A stretch of 64,000 bases of DNA, from contig JAJYLT010000004.1 in assembly GCA_021787565.1 (NCBI GenBank), forward strand, positions 52,295 to 116,294, written 5' to 3'. How positions within the stretch are numbered: position 1 is the first letter of the stretch; each line of letters opens with the position of its first letter. A model generated the notes under the pieces. It had not been told where the DNA came from. It did not search any database and worked only from the letters and a program-made list of their open reading frames with translations. The stretch comes from Acidobacteriota bacterium. Lineage in GTDB: Bacteria; Acidobacteriota; UBA4820; DSQY01. Both the position numbers and the translations under genes were made by a program. Positions 26,876 to 38,485 of the stretch are shown here, one piece after another.

Positions 26876-27448
26876 ATGGCGTCCGGCGCGGGGGGCGAAA
26901 CCGAGATGGACCTTTGGAGGGATGCACTTCAGATCCGCCTGATCAGAGCCCTCTTCGCCGTCTTCGGCGGCATCGTCCTGGCGTGGCTGATTCAACACCT
27001 CTGGAAGGGCCCATACGGCTTCTCGCTGGCGGTGGCACCTGTGCTCTTGATCATTTCGTGGAAAGCCGTCTCCCTGGGTTCCTTTCTCCGCCGAGGGAAA
27101 AGACCGCCCTTTGCACCCCAGCCTTCTTCCCACAGCCCCGAGCCCATGCAGTGGTCCCCCTCCGTGCGGAAGATCGAGCAGGACAAAGCACGGCAGGCCG
27201 TCGAGTGCATCGTCGCCCAGCGCATCGTGAGCCAGAGTTCTCCCGAGGCCATCTGGCAATCCGAGATTGGGGAGTACTGTCGCTACCTGGCCCGGCGCCT
27301 CGGGGAACTTGGGATGGAGCCTCCCGAGAGCCTGGAGAAGGATGTGCTCTGGGCCGACCGGACGGCCGCCGCCACCCAGGACTACCCGAAGAGCCTCGCG
27401 CGGGCCCTGGCCCAGCTCGTGGAGCGGCAGGCCAAAGCTGGCCGCTGA
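26876..27448 (+). CDS. hypothetical membrane-anchored protein
   Basis: The ATG at 26876 is preceded by AAGGAG. Two N-terminal TM helices (LIRALFAVFGGIVLAWLI, SLAVAPVLLIISW) are followed by a soluble helical tail. No family recognised. Confidence 0.5.
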   Translation: MASGAGGETEMDLWRDALQIRLIRALFAVFGGIVLAWLIQHLWKGPYGFSLAVAPVLLIISWKAVSLGSFLRRGKRPPFAPQPSSHSPEPMQWSPSVRKIEQDKARQAVECIVAQRIVSQSSPEAIWQSEIGEYCRYLARRLGELGMEPPESLEKDVLWADRTAAATQDYPKSLARALAQLVERQAKAGR

Positions 27449-27598
27449 GGCAGGCCCGCCCCCGGCAGCGCCCGTCCCGCACCGGTCGGGCACCCGATTC
27501 GGGAGATTCCGCCAGGAACCAGAAGCAAGTCCCGCTCTCATTTCGACCGGGGTTGCTCCTCGCTTCGTGTTGATGAGGGATGGGGACAGATGATGCCG

Positions 27599-27674
<76 letters not shown>

Positions 27675-27742
27675 ACCGTGCCGGTTTCCCGGCGTCGAAT
27701 AGCATAGCCGGCGGGGACTTTCGAGTCAAGAGCGGGGCTTCG

Positions 27743-27893
27743 CCCCAATTCCGCGATAGCGGCTCAACGCCTGCGTAGGAGCGGCGCCTCGCCGCGAACC
27801 GGGTGACCCTGCGACCAGGATGCGGTGCCCGCGTACGGTCCGTCGCGCCGGGGGCGGCGCTCCTACGAGTGCAATTCCATCGCGGAATTTGGG
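27743..27893 (+). mobile_element. ~150-bp MITE-like element, main subtype
   Basis: Near-identical to 26668..26818. Flanked by GGCTTCGC on both sides, an 8-bp target-site duplication. Confidence 0.85.
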
Positions 27894-27911
27894 CTTCGCT
27901 CACCGACCCTG

Positions 27912-29912
27912 TCACCGCTGTTCTTCCTCGACCTCCAAGCGCGCCGGGTCACGACGGCAGTGGATGACGAGCCTGAGCGACTCGCCCGGTTGGAACCGGA
28001 CGGTCCGCCGGGCCGCGGCGAAGAAGGGGAAGGGCCTCGGGGCCTTCACCTCGAAGCCCAGGGCGTAGGTGCGCGCCGGCAGCTCCCGGCTGACCTCCAG
28101 GCGGAAGCCGGTGCCGTCCTGGCGGCGCGGAAGATCCAGGATGGGGACGACCCTCTCGATCCGTCCGTCCACGAAGAAGACGATCTGGCCGCGATCCAGC
28201 GGCCCCTCTACCACGAGCGTGAGGTGGGCGGTTTCGGCCGCGGGGGAGGCGCTGGAGGCCACCGAGCCTGGCGCGCCCGGGGCCGTCTCGACTCCGGAGA
28301 GAAGGCCGGCCAGCCGCTCCGGCAGGTCCGCCGTGGGCACGAGCGCCACCGCCAGGCGGTCGGGGTAGCGCTGCACGCGCACGGTGAGGGTGACCTCTCC
28401 CGCCGGCGGCACGCGCACCGTCTCGTTCGTGTCGGCGGCAAACGGGGAGGGCCTCTCGGAGACCACAGCGATAGTGACCTTCCGTTCACCCGGGGCGAGA
28501 AGAAGACGGTCCGCCAGGAGGAGCCCCTTTCGGCCGCGCCCCAGGCCGCCGAGGAATGGGCGGTCGAGGAGCGTCTTCCCGCCGGCCTCCACGCGGATGC
28601 GCCCGCTCGCGAGCGGGCCCTCCGCCACGATGCCCACCGGGATGGGCTTGGCGAGGGGCGGAGTCCTCCTCGCCTTCTCCGCCGCCGCGGCCGCCGTTCC
28701 AGGCGCAGGGCCGGTGGCGGACGAGGCCGGCGTAAGCCGCGGGGCGCCGGTGCTGGGGGGAACGGGCGGGGCCTGGGTGGCCGGGGGTGGGGCCGACTCC
28801 TTCGGGGCGCTTGCCTGGACACCGGCGGGGGAAGCGATACGGCCGCGCCACCGCGTGGCTATCCGCCAGGAAGCCACGATCACTCCCGCGGCCGCGAGTA
28901 CCGCCAGGGCCATGAGGGCCGCCTTCGCCCCCCTGCCGAGCCCCCGGGGCGGGGCCGACATCGTGGCCGGCTGCCCGCCGGTGGCGGGCCGGGTCACGCC
29001 GCTCGAGCCTCCAGCCGACCGGCGCTGCGAGGCGGCGGAAGCGGGAGAAGCCACCACCTGGGTGCGCTCGGTCACCTCCCGAAGCGCCGCCGCGGCCGCC
29101 TCGCCATCCGCGAAGCGCTCGGCCGGGCTCTTGCGCAGCAGGCGCTCCAGGACGCCGGCCACCTCGCCGGGAAGGGACAGCGAGGACACCGGCGGCACGG
29201 GCTCCGAATGGACCACGTTGTAACAGATGGCCGAGACCTCCTCCCCCTTGAAGGGGCGCTCCCCGGTGAGCATGAGGTAGTAAACGACGCCGAGGGAAAA
29301 GAGGTCGCTCCGACCGTCCAGCGAGTGTCCCAGGACCTGCTCGGGGCTCATGAAGTTGGGGGTGCCGAGGACCTCCCCGGTGCGCGTCAGGTCGCTGGCT
29401 GAGAGCCTGGCCACCCCGAAGTCCGTGATGGCGGCTCGGCCCTTCGCATCCAGGAGGATGTTGGCGGGCTTGATGTCCCGGTGGACCACGCCCTTCTCGT
29501 GGGCGTAGGCCAGCCCCGCCGCCACCTGCCGGGCGATGGAGGAGGCCTCCTCGATGGAGAGCTTGCCGGCCCGTTTGAGCCTCTGGGCCAGGCTCTCCCC
29601 CTCCACGAGCTCCATGACGATGTAGGGGACGCCTCCCTCCTCGCCGGCGTCGAAGACGGTCACGATGTTCGGGTGGTGGAGATTGCCCGCCGCCTGGGCC
29701 TCGCGGAAGAAGCGCTGGCGGTACTCGTCCCTGGCCTCGTCGGGCAGGTTCCCCGAGAGGGAGACCACCTTGATGGCCAGGGCTCGGCCGATGATCGGGT
29801 CCCGGGCGCGGTAGACCACGCCCATGGCGCCCCGTCCGATCGTCCCCTCGATCTCATATCGGCCGATCTTCTGCACACTCGGAGCATAGCGCCCGGGGGA
29901 GGGGCCAGGCAA
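27912..29912 (-). CDS. Ser/Thr protein kinase with TM segment and extracytoplasmic C-terminal domain
   Basis: GRGAMGVVYRA, AIKV, HRDIKPANILL, DFGVARL and GTPNFMSPE. A Pro/Ala-rich linker and a TM helix (ALMALAVLAAAGVIVASW) are followed by a ~290-aa C-terminal region. Confidence 0.9.
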   Translation of the reverse strand: MPGPSPGRYAPSVQKIGRYEIEGTIGRGAMGVVYRARDPIIGRALAIKVVSLSGNLPDEARDEYRQRFFREAQAAGNLHHPNIVTVFDAGEEGGVPYIVMELVEGESLAQRLKRAGKLSIEEASSIARQVAAGLAYAHEKGVVHRDIKPANILLDAKGRAAITDFGVARLSASDLTRTGEVLGTPNFMSPEQVLGHSLDGRSDLFSLGVVYYLMLTGERPFKGEEVSAICYNVVHSEPVPPVSSLSLPGEVAGVLERLLRKSPAERFADGEAAAAALREVTERTQVVASPASAASQRRSAGGSSGVTRPATGGQPATMSAPPRGLGRGAKAALMALAVLAAAGVIVASWRIATRWRGRIASPAGVQASAPKESAPPPATQAPPVPPSTGAPRLTPASSATGPAPGTAAAAAEKARRTPPLAKPIPVGIVAEGPLASGRIRVEAGGKTLLDRPFLGGLGRGRKGLLLADRLLLAPGERKVTIAVVSERPSPFAADTNETVRVPPAGEVTLTVRVQRYPDRLAVALVPTADLPERLAGLLSGVETAPGAPGSVASSASPAAETAHLTLVVEGPLDRGQIVFFVDGRIERVVPILDLPRRQDGTGFRLEVSRELPARTYALGFEVKAPRPFPFFAAARRTVRFQPGESLRLVIHCRRDPARLEVEEEQR

Positions 29913-29992
29913 GGAGGCTCATCGATGGGAAGCACCGGAAAGAGGCGGGGGCATGGCCCCCGCCTCTTGAGTGCGGCCATTCAGCCCGCGCT

Positions 29993-30214
29993 TACCAGAC
30001 CTGGCAGCCCTTGGCGTCGCGCCGGAGGCGCTCCCCAAGGAGGGGCTCGGCCGCCCCTCCTCGGCGCTCCCTCCCGCTTTCGCGGGGGTCGCTGCTCCTC
30101 TCCGCCCTCTCGCGGGAGGCCCTTTGAGCGGGGGAACCTACCCGTTCCCCCGCACCCCCTCGCCACGCCAAGGTCGTGTAGATCATTCGCCTACCAGACC
30201 TGGCAGCCCTTGGC
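29993..30214. repeat. ~175-bp three-hairpin GC-rich element flanked by a perfect 23-bp direct repeat that duplicates the 3' end of the M13 peptidase gene
   Basis: TACCAGACCTGGCAGCCCTTGGC occurs at 29993-30015 and 30192-30214. The interior has hairpins GGAGGGGC/GCCCCTCC and GCGGGGGAAC/GTTCCCCCGC. It is homologous to 40093-40250. Confidence 0.8.
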
Positions 30215-32248
30215 CGCGGCCATGGGGCCCGCGGTGCACCCGAAGGCCTTGGCGAAGGCGGGCATGTCCGAAAGAGTGCCGTTGACGCGGTAGCGGGCCG
30301 CCGGGTGCGGGTCCACGGTGGCGAGCAGGCGGGCGAACTGGGGCCGCGTGCTGCTCGCCCAGACGGTGGCGAAGGCCAGGAAGAAGCGCTGGTCTCCCGT
30401 GAAGCCGTCCACGACGGGCGCGGGCTTGTCGCCCAGGGCCATGTGATAGGCGCGGTAGGCGAGGGTGAGCCCACCCAGATCGGCGATGGCCTCGCCCTCC
30501 ACGAGCTTGCCCTGGAGGTGGAGGTCATTGTCCACGACGTACTGGCTGGCCTGGTCCACGATGCACTGGCCCCGCTCCTTGAAGGCCTTGAGGTCCTCGG
30601 GCGTCCACCAGTTCTTGAGGTTGCCGTAGGCGTCGTACTGGCTTCCCTGGTCGTCGAAGCCGTGGGTGATCTCGTGTCCGATGACCGCCCCGATGCCGCC
30701 GTAGTTCTCGGCGAGGTCGGCCTTGGGATCGAAGAAGGGCGGCTGCAGGATGCCCGCCGGGAAAACGATCTCGTTCATGCCGGGGTCGTAGTAGGCGTTC
30801 ACCGTGGGCGGGGTCATGCCCCACTCGGTGCGGTCCAGCGGCTTGCCGATCTTGGCGAGGTCGCGGGCGTCCTCGAAGGAGGAAGCGCGCCAGAGGTTGC
30901 CGACGTAGTCTCCGGGTTTGATCTCGAGCTTGCTGTAATTCCGCCACTTGTCGGGGTAGCCGATCTTCTCCACGATCTTGTCGAGCTTGAAGATCGCCGC
31001 CTTGCGCGTGGCTTCGCTCATCCAGGGCAGGGTCTCGAGATCTTCGCGCAGGGCCGCCTTGATGTGGTGCAGGATGTCGAGCACCTGGGCCTTGGCTTCG
31101 GGGCTGAAGTACTGCTTCACGTAGAGCTCGCCCAGGGCCATGCCCATGGCGCCGTTGGTGGCGGACACGGCCTTCTTCCAGCGCGGCAGGTCCTGCTGGG
31201 CGCCGGTGAGGGTCTTGGAGAAGGCGAAGTTCTCCTTGACGAACTCGCTGGAGAGGGCCCCCGAGTACCGGCTCACGAGGTGCCAGCGGAGGTAGGTCTT
31301 CCAGTCGTCGAGGGGGACGGTCTTGAGCTCGGCCGCCAGCCCCTTGAAGAAGCCCGGCTCGCCCACGTTGATGTGGCCCTTGATCTCGGGAAGGCCGATC
31401 TCGCGGGCGTAAAGGGTCCAGTCGAAGTCGGGGGTCAGGGTGGCGATTTCGGCGAAGGCCATGGGGTGATAGGTGGCCTTGGGATCGCGGCGCTCGACGC
31501 GCGACATGGAGACCTTGGCCAGGGCCGTCTCCAGCTTGAGGACCGTCTGGGCCTCGGCGGCGGCCTTGTCGGCCGGATCGCCCAGGAGCTCGAAGACCTT
31601 GGTCACGTGGTTCACGTAGGCATCGCGCACGGCCTTGGTCTTGGGATCGTCCTTCAGGTAGTAATCGCGGTCCGGAAGGCTCAGCCCTCCCTGGTGGAAG
31701 CCCGCGATCACCTCGGTGGCGTCCTTGGCATCCTGCTCCGACCCCACGCCGAAGAAGACGTTGACGCCGTGGTGCTGGAGGATGGCGGCCTCCTTGGCGA
31801 GGCCCTTCATGTCCTTCACGTCGGCGATGGCCTGGAGCTCCGGCTGGAGCGGCTTGATGCCCAGCTCGTCGGCCTTCTTCTCGTCCATGGCGGCGGCGTA
31901 GAACTCGCCCAGCTTGCGCTCGATGCTGCCCGCGGGGGCCTTGGTGTCCTTCTCTGCCGCTTCGAGAATGCCCCTGAGCTCCTCCTGGTTGCGAAGGGCG
32001 AGGGCGTCGAAGCTGCCCCAACGCGGGTACTCCGGCGGGATGGGGTGCTTGGCCACCCAGCCGCCCGTGGCGTACTTGAAGAAGTCTTCGCAGGGCTTGA
32101 CGCTGGTGTCCAGGTTCGCGGGATTGATACCGTGCACCACCGGCGCCGCTTGGGGCTTGCTCTGCTTGGTCTTGGGCTCCTGGGCCGACGTGGCGAACCA
32201 GGGGGCCGCCAGCAGGAAGCCCGCCAGCAGGATTGTCCATGCTCTCAT
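30191..32248 (-). CDS. pepO: M13 family metallopeptidase (PepO / endothelin-converting-enzyme-like), secreted
   Basis: VIGHEITHGFDDQG (HExxH), GEAIADLGG and NAYY. The signal peptide MRAWTILLAGFLLAAPWFATSA starts at the ATG at 32248 with RBS GGAAAGGAG. Confidence 0.9.
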   Translation of the reverse strand: MRAWTILLAGFLLAAPWFATSAQEPKTKQSKPQAAPVVHGINPANLDTSVKPCEDFFKYATGGWVAKHPIPPEYPRWGSFDALALRNQEELRGILEAAEKDTKAPAGSIERKLGEFYAAAMDEKKADELGIKPLQPELQAIADVKDMKGLAKEAAILQHHGVNVFFGVGSEQDAKDATEVIAGFHQGGLSLPDRDYYLKDDPKTKAVRDAYVNHVTKVFELLGDPADKAAAEAQTVLKLETALAKVSMSRVERRDPKATYHPMAFAEIATLTPDFDWTLYAREIGLPEIKGHINVGEPGFFKGLAAELKTVPLDDWKTYLRWHLVSRYSGALSSEFVKENFAFSKTLTGAQQDLPRWKKAVSATNGAMGMALGELYVKQYFSPEAKAQVLDILHHIKAALREDLETLPWMSEATRKAAIFKLDKIVEKIGYPDKWRNYSKLEIKPGDYVGNLWRASSFEDARDLAKIGKPLDRTEWGMTPPTVNAYYDPGMNEIVFPAGILQPPFFDPKADLAENYGGIGAVIGHEITHGFDDQGSQYDAYGNLKNWWTPEDLKAFKERGQCIVDQASQYVVDNDLHLQGKLVEGEAIADLGGLTLAYRAYHMALGDKPAPVVDGFTGDQRFFLAFATVWASSTRPQFARLLATVDPHPAARYRVNGTLSDMPAFAKAFGCTAGPMAAAKGCQVW

Positions 32249-32387
32249 TCGTCGCTCCTTTCCGAGGATCCAACAGTGCACACTTCCGCCCCTGGGGGCG
32301 TCCGTTCCGAATCTTGGTGTACGTCGGGGAACCTCCAGAGTTTCACCCGCCCCTCAGGCAGGCCGGGCCGCCGCCGCAACGGCCGCC

Positions 32388-33236
32388 TCAGCCGCGCAGG
32401 ACCCTGTCCACCACCCGGTCCTTGCCCGAGGTCTTGGCCTCGTAGAGCAGCCCGTCCGCCTCCTTGATCAGCTCGTCCACGGAGGCGGGGGGCCGGTTGC
32501 AGGCGATGAGGCCGATGCTGCAGCACAGGGGAAGCGACGGCTCCGCCGGCGCAACTTCGGAGAGGCGGCGGCGAACCTTCATGGCCGCCTCGATGGCCCG
32601 GTCGCGGCCGGTTTCCGGGAAGAGGATGGCGAACTCGTCCCCCCCCAGCCGCCCCACGGTGTCGGAGGCGCGCACCGATCCCACGAGCGCCGACGCCACC
32701 TGCCGCAGCAGCCGGTCTCCCGCCGCGTGCCCCAGCCGGTCGTTCACCTCCTTGAAGTCGTCCACATCGAGATAGGCGAGCGAGAGCGGATGGCCGTAGC
32801 GGCGCGTCCGCTCCAGCTCGGCCGCGCACACCTCCACGAAGTGGCGGCGGTTGGAGACGCCCGTCAGATCGTCCGTCTGCGCGAGGTTCCGGATCTTGTC
32901 CATGGAGCCGTGGAGGGAGACCAGGACGTGGCTCACCACCAGGAAGAAGGCCAGCTTGGCGAGCAGGTCCCACACGAGGAAGGCGTTGTTGGAATAGTGC
33001 TTGCCGTTCAGCAGGTCGGTGACCAGGGTGGTGACGGCGCTCACGACCGAGAGGGCGAACGACGGAAACCGCCCCGCGTACCACGCCGCCACGGAAATGG
33101 GAATCAGGTAGAAGATGGCGAAGCTGAATTCGAAGCCGGTGTAGTAGTCGATCACGGCCACTCCCAGCAGCAGAAGCACGCTGAGGCTCAGCGCGAGGCG
33201 GGGAGAAAGCGGTTGGCGAGAGAGGAGGAGGGTCAT
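32388..33236 (-). CDS. membrane-anchored diguanylate cyclase (GGDEF)
   Basis: N-terminal TM helices, then RASDTVGRLGGDEFAILF (an RxxD I-site plus GGDEF). The likely start is the ATG at 33236 (MTLLLSRQPL). Confidence 0.85.
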   Translation of the reverse strand: MTLLLSRQPLSPRLALSLSVLLLLGVAVIDYYTGFEFSFAIFYLIPISVAAWYAGRFPSFALSVVSAVTTLVTDLLNGKHYSNNAFLVWDLLAKLAFFLVVSHVLVSLHGSMDKIRNLAQTDDLTGVSNRRHFVEVCAAELERTRRYGHPLSLAYLDVDDFKEVNDRLGHAAGDRLLRQVASALVGSVRASDTVGRLGGDEFAILFPETGRDRAIEAAMKVRRRLSEVAPAEPSLPLCCSIGLIACNRPPASVDELIKEADGLLYEAKTSGKDRVVDRVLRG

Positions 33237-33389
33237 CGGCGGCGGTCTTCCAGCGGGCCCTGCGGCGGGCGAAGGTGATCCCGTTCCCGACTTCACTCCA
33301 TCACTGTACAACAGCGCCGCATGAGGAACAAGCACGGCTCCGTCCGGACGCCGATCGGCCGCCCCCCAAGCGAGGGGCTCTCCCGACCG

Positions 33390-34580
33390 TCACTCGACGC
33401 GGAGGAAGGCGACCTTGAGGTACTCGCCTTCGGGAAAGCCGAGGAGGACAGGATGATCGGGCGCCTGGCCGCGGAAGTCGAGCAGGAAGGCGCGGCGACG
33501 CGATCGCACCGCGGCGGCGCGCAGGAGATCGCGAAAGTCCTCCCGCCAGAGATGGTGGGAGCAGGAGCACGAGACGAGCAGGCCACCGGGCCGGACCAGG
33601 GCAAGGGCCAGTTCGTTGAGCCTGGCATAGCCCTTGAGGGCCTCCGGCAGGTGTTTCTTGGACTTCGCGAAGGCGGGGGGGTCCACGACCAGCGCGTCGA
33701 AGGAGCGGCCCTCGCGCCGCAGAGAGGCCAGGACGTCGAAGGCGTCTCCGCAGTGGATCTCGCACTCGGGAAAGCCGTTGGCCGCCGCGCCGGCCTCGAC
33801 CCGGCCGCACGCGGGTTTCGATGCGTCCACGAAATCGCAGGAAGCGGCGCCCGCCTTCAGCCCCGCCAGTCCCCAGACGCCCACGTAGCAGAAGACGTCG
33901 AGGAGCTCCATGCCGGGGCGGATCAGGCTGGAGAAGCGCCTCACGTTTTCCCGCTGGTCTAAAAAGAGCCCCGTCTTCTGGCCGTCGAGAAGGGGAACAT
34001 CGAGCGTCAGGCCGAGGTAGTGGACGCGGCAGGCTCCGGGCGCCTCCTCGGGCTCCGCCGACACGGCCCTGGCCAGCCCCTCCATCTCGCGCATGGGGGA
34101 GTCGTCCTTGCGCACGAGCAGTCCCGGTTTCAGGAGGGCGTGCAGGGCCGATTCGGCCCTGGGGCGCAGGAGCTCCATCCCGGCCGTGAGGGTCTGCGTG
34201 ACGAGCGCGTCGCCGTAGCGGTCCACGATGAGCCCCGGGAGGCCGTCCGCCTCGCCGAAGACCAGGCGCGCGCACTCCTCGCCGGGATAGAGCGCCTCGC
34301 GCCGCGCTACGGCGGCGGCGAGCCGCGCCTCCAGCCAATCCTCCGGCAGAGGCTCGGAGCCGCGCTGGAGCCAGCGCACGGCGATGAGCGTGTGGGGATT
34401 GTAGTACCCCATCCCCATGGGCTCCCCGCCGGGGCCGTCCACCGCCACGAGCGAACCCGGCGGCAGCTCAGGCACCGCCTGGAGCTCGTTGGAGAAGACC
34501 CACGGGTGGCCGGAGCGGATGCGTTTTTCCCGGCCCTTCTGGAGCCGGAGGCGGGGGAGTTTCTCGGGGGGGAGGGTCAT
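33390..34580 (-). CDS. rlmI: class I SAM-dependent rRNA methyltransferase, RlmI-like (PUA + MTase)
   Basis: N-terminal RLRLQKGREKRIRSGHPWVFSNEL, then GQKTGLFLDQRENV, then the MTase core LDVFCYVGVWG...DPPAF. Confidence 0.8.
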   Translation of the reverse strand: MTLPPEKLPRLRLQKGREKRIRSGHPWVFSNELQAVPELPPGSLVAVDGPGGEPMGMGYYNPHTLIAVRWLQRGSEPLPEDWLEARLAAAVARREALYPGEECARLVFGEADGLPGLIVDRYGDALVTQTLTAGMELLRPRAESALHALLKPGLLVRKDDSPMREMEGLARAVSAEPEEAPGACRVHYLGLTLDVPLLDGQKTGLFLDQRENVRRFSSLIRPGMELLDVFCYVGVWGLAGLKAGAASCDFVDASKPACGRVEAGAAANGFPECEIHCGDAFDVLASLRREGRSFDALVVDPPAFAKSKKHLPEALKGYARLNELALALVRPGGLLVSCSCSHHLWREDFRDLLRAAAVRSRRRAFLLDFRGQAPDHPVLLGFPEGEYLKVAFLRVE

Positions 34581-34593
34581 CGCATAACCTTTC

Positions 34594-34700
34594 GTGATGA
34601 GGTGATGAGGTGATTAGGTGATGAGGGGACGAGGAGAAAGCCGGACGAATCGTGAAACCACCTTCGTTTTCGGCATTACCTCATCTCACCACCTCGGCAC
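34594..34700. repeat. intergenic imperfect palindrome with (GTGATKAG)n arm and inverted CCTCATCTCACCACCTC arm
   Basis: GTGATGAGGTGATGAGGTGATTAGGTGATGAGGGGACGAGGAG ... central hairpin GCCGGACGAA/TTCGTTTTCGGC ... ATTACCTCATCTCACCACCTCGGCACC. It fills the rlmI-proS spacer. Confidence 0.75.
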
Positions 34701-34716
34701 CCTGCCATCTCGGCGC

Positions 34717-36467
<1,751 letters not shown>

Positions 36468-36598
36468 CGGAGCGAGCGCGAGAGCGGAGACGGGCGCGCG
36501 GGACGCGCGACTCCCGTGATGCGGAGATAGGGCGGGAGGCCCCTCCGTGTGCTGTCTGTCACCTGCTTCCAGGGTGAACCCATCACTGGGACGGCACG

Positions 36599-37228
36599 CT
36601 AGCCCTCGCCCCCCGCCGAGGGCCTGAGGACCGTCAGCGCATAGTGGCTCGGCGTGATCATCTCCGCCTTTCGGAACCTCAGACCGGCCTCCAGCGCAAG
36701 CTCCTCGGCCCGATGGTGGTGAATCCGGTGTTCGTAGGGAGGCCCATCATCCTGCCTCATCTTGGCCCAGTCGATGAGGACGACGGGAGCACCGGGCTTG
36801 GTGACCCGGCCCATCTCCTTCAGAAAGGCCACCGGTGCCTCCGTCTCGTGAAGGACGAAGCAGGCGAGGGTGAAGTCGGCGATCCCGTCCGGCAGAGGCA
36901 GGCGGGACTCCTCGGAGGGGAGCGTCTGAAGCCAGGGAGGCGGCCGTTTGGAGCGAAGGTGCTCCAGCATCTCCGGCACGAGGTCGAGGGCGTAGACCGT
37001 TCCCTCCGGCCCCACGAGTTCGGCCGCGGGCAGCGAGAAGAAGCCACTTCCGGCTCCCACGTCCACGAAGATCATGCCGGGCCCCAACCCGAGCTCCCGC
37101 AGGATCTTCTCCGGAGGCATGGCCCTGTACCGATCCGGGTTTTCAAGTCTGTTCAGATGGGAAGGATCGAACTTGTGCGCCACTTTGGACTCCTTCGCGC
37201 CGTGACCGCCAGCTTCAGGCTGGGCCAC
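36599..37228 (-). CDS. class I SAM-dependent methyltransferase (Methyltransf_11/25-like)
   Basis: MIFVDVGAGSGFFSLPAAEL is the glycine-rich SAM motif. 209 aa. Confidence 0.75.
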   Translation of the reverse strand: MAQPEAGGHGAKESKVAHKFDPSHLNRLENPDRYRAMPPEKILRELGLGPGMIFVDVGAGSGFFSLPAAELVGPEGTVYALDLVPEMLEHLRSKRPPPWLQTLPSEESRLPLPDGIADFTLACFVLHETEAPVAFLKEMGRVTKPGAPVVLIDWAKMRQDDGPPYEHRIHHHRAEELALEAGLRFRKAEMITPSHYALTVLRPSAGGEG

Positions 37229-37292
37229 TCAAGAGGGGGCGCCGGGCGCCCCAGGCAGAGAGAGATTCTACCCCGCGCCGGAGGTAACGGGT

Positions 37293-37444
37293 CCGAAATT
37301 CCGCGATGGAGGCGCAACCCCTCTGTAGGAGCGGCGCCTCGCCGCGATCCCGGGGGAACCCGCTGAGACGATGCGGTTCCCGTGAACGGCCCATCGCGCC
37401 GGGGGCGGCGCTCCTACGCGCCAAATTCCATCGCGGAATTTGGG
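37293..37444 (+). mobile_element. ~150-bp MITE-like element, variant subtype
   Basis: Its interior resembles the 22170 copy (GAACCCGCTGAGACGAT). TIRs are GAAATTCCGCGAT...ATCGCGGAATTTGGG. The flanks share ACGGGT. Confidence 0.8.
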
Positions 37445-37851
37445 ACGGGTGGTCCAACTGGCGCGAGGGCCGGGACTGATGGGAAAGTTGCACCGATGAA
37501 ACCGATGCCCTGCTTTCTGAAACGCGGCCCCATGTCGTTAAGCGCGAGAAACAACCGTGCCGGCTCGCGCCCAGAGCATCCGGCCATTCTTGCTTATCTC
37601 CTTCCATTCGTAGGGTTAGCCGTCTCGGATCCGCCCGTGCCCCCATCCCTTCGAGGGCCAGGCGGACGCGAGGGACAAAATGGCCCAGGGGCTCCCCCCC
37701 ATGCAGGAGATCGCCAACCAAGACTGCAACTCCTGCCTTTACAGGGGATAGCCCATTTCGGCCGGGCGGCGCCGTGAATTGGCATCGACCTTGCTTTGGA
37801 TACGGCGCGCACCGCCTGAGGATAGGCCGATGCGTTGCGGTGGAGGAAGTG

Positions 37852-38175
37852 ATGATCCAGTTGACCGAGCAGGCCATCCAGGCAGTGAAGAGCTTCATCG
37901 GTGAAGAGGGCCGTAGCGGTGCCGGGCTCAGGATCTCCGTCGTAGGAGGCGGGTGCAGCGGCTTCCAGTACGATCTGTCCCTGGTGGACCAGGGCACCGA
38001 AAACGACGAGAAGTACGAGTTTCAGAACCTTCCGGTCTACGTGGACAAGACGTCGCTGCTCTACCTGAAAGGCACTGTCGTGGATTACGTGAGCGATATC
38101 AGGGGCTCCGGGTTCGTGTTCCAGAACCCGAATGCGGTGGCCTCCTGCGGGTGCGGGCACTCCTTCGAGGCCTGA
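37852..38175 (+). CDS. erpA: iron-sulfur cluster insertion protein (HesB/IscA/ErpA family)
   Basis: 107 aa from the ATG at 37852 with RBS GGAGGAAG. Motifs are GLRISVVGGGCSGFQY and the C-terminal SCGCGHSF. Confidence 0.85.
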   Translation: MIQLTEQAIQAVKSFIGEEGRSGAGLRISVVGGGCSGFQYDLSLVDQGTENDEKYEFQNLPVYVDKTSLLYLKGTVVDYVSDIRGSGFVFQNPNAVASCGCGHSFEA

Positions 38176-38271
38176 GCCCTGCCCCGGGCGGCGTAGAATT
38201 CGCCGGCCCCGGGCCTGGAACCCGAGAGGTTCCACGAGACGCTTTCCAAAGAGGATCCCCCCTCCTCTCAG

Positions 38272-38311
38272 AACTCCCCGGTCGCAAGACCGGGGAGTTC
38301 CCCCTCCTTTT
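38272..38311 (+). terminator. hairpin plus weak T-tract (terminator-like)
   Basis: AACTCCCCGG-tcgcaaga-CCGGGGAGTT followed by CCCCCTCCTTTT. It is preceded by the motif AGGATCCCCCCTCCTCT, which recurs before the next hairpin. Confidence 0.4.
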
Positions 38312-38366
38312 CGGAGGGAGCGGGGTGAACGAACGGCTTTCCCATGAGGATCCCCCCTCCTCTGAT

Positions 38367-38401
38367 AGCTCCCCGGCGCTGAACCGGGGAGCTTTTCTTT
38401 C
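38367..38401 (+). terminator. rho-independent terminator candidate downstream of erpA
   Basis: AGCTCCCCGG-cgctgaa-CCGGGGAGCT followed by TTTCTTTC. Confidence 0.55.
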
Positions 38402-38485
38402 TACGCGAGAAGCGAGGTCCAAGGTCCAGGAGGCGAAGAGCGGAGACCGCCCTGTCCAGCTCCCCTTCACCTCCTCACTTCTCAG

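Noticed and set aside
37215-38235. ORFs 37215..37997 (-) and 37594..38235 (-)
   Set aside because: They read through a MITE copy and run antisense to erpA. Their composition is low-complexity. The 400-bp spacer upstream of erpA is left unannotated, and whether it holds an ncRNA cannot be judged by eye.
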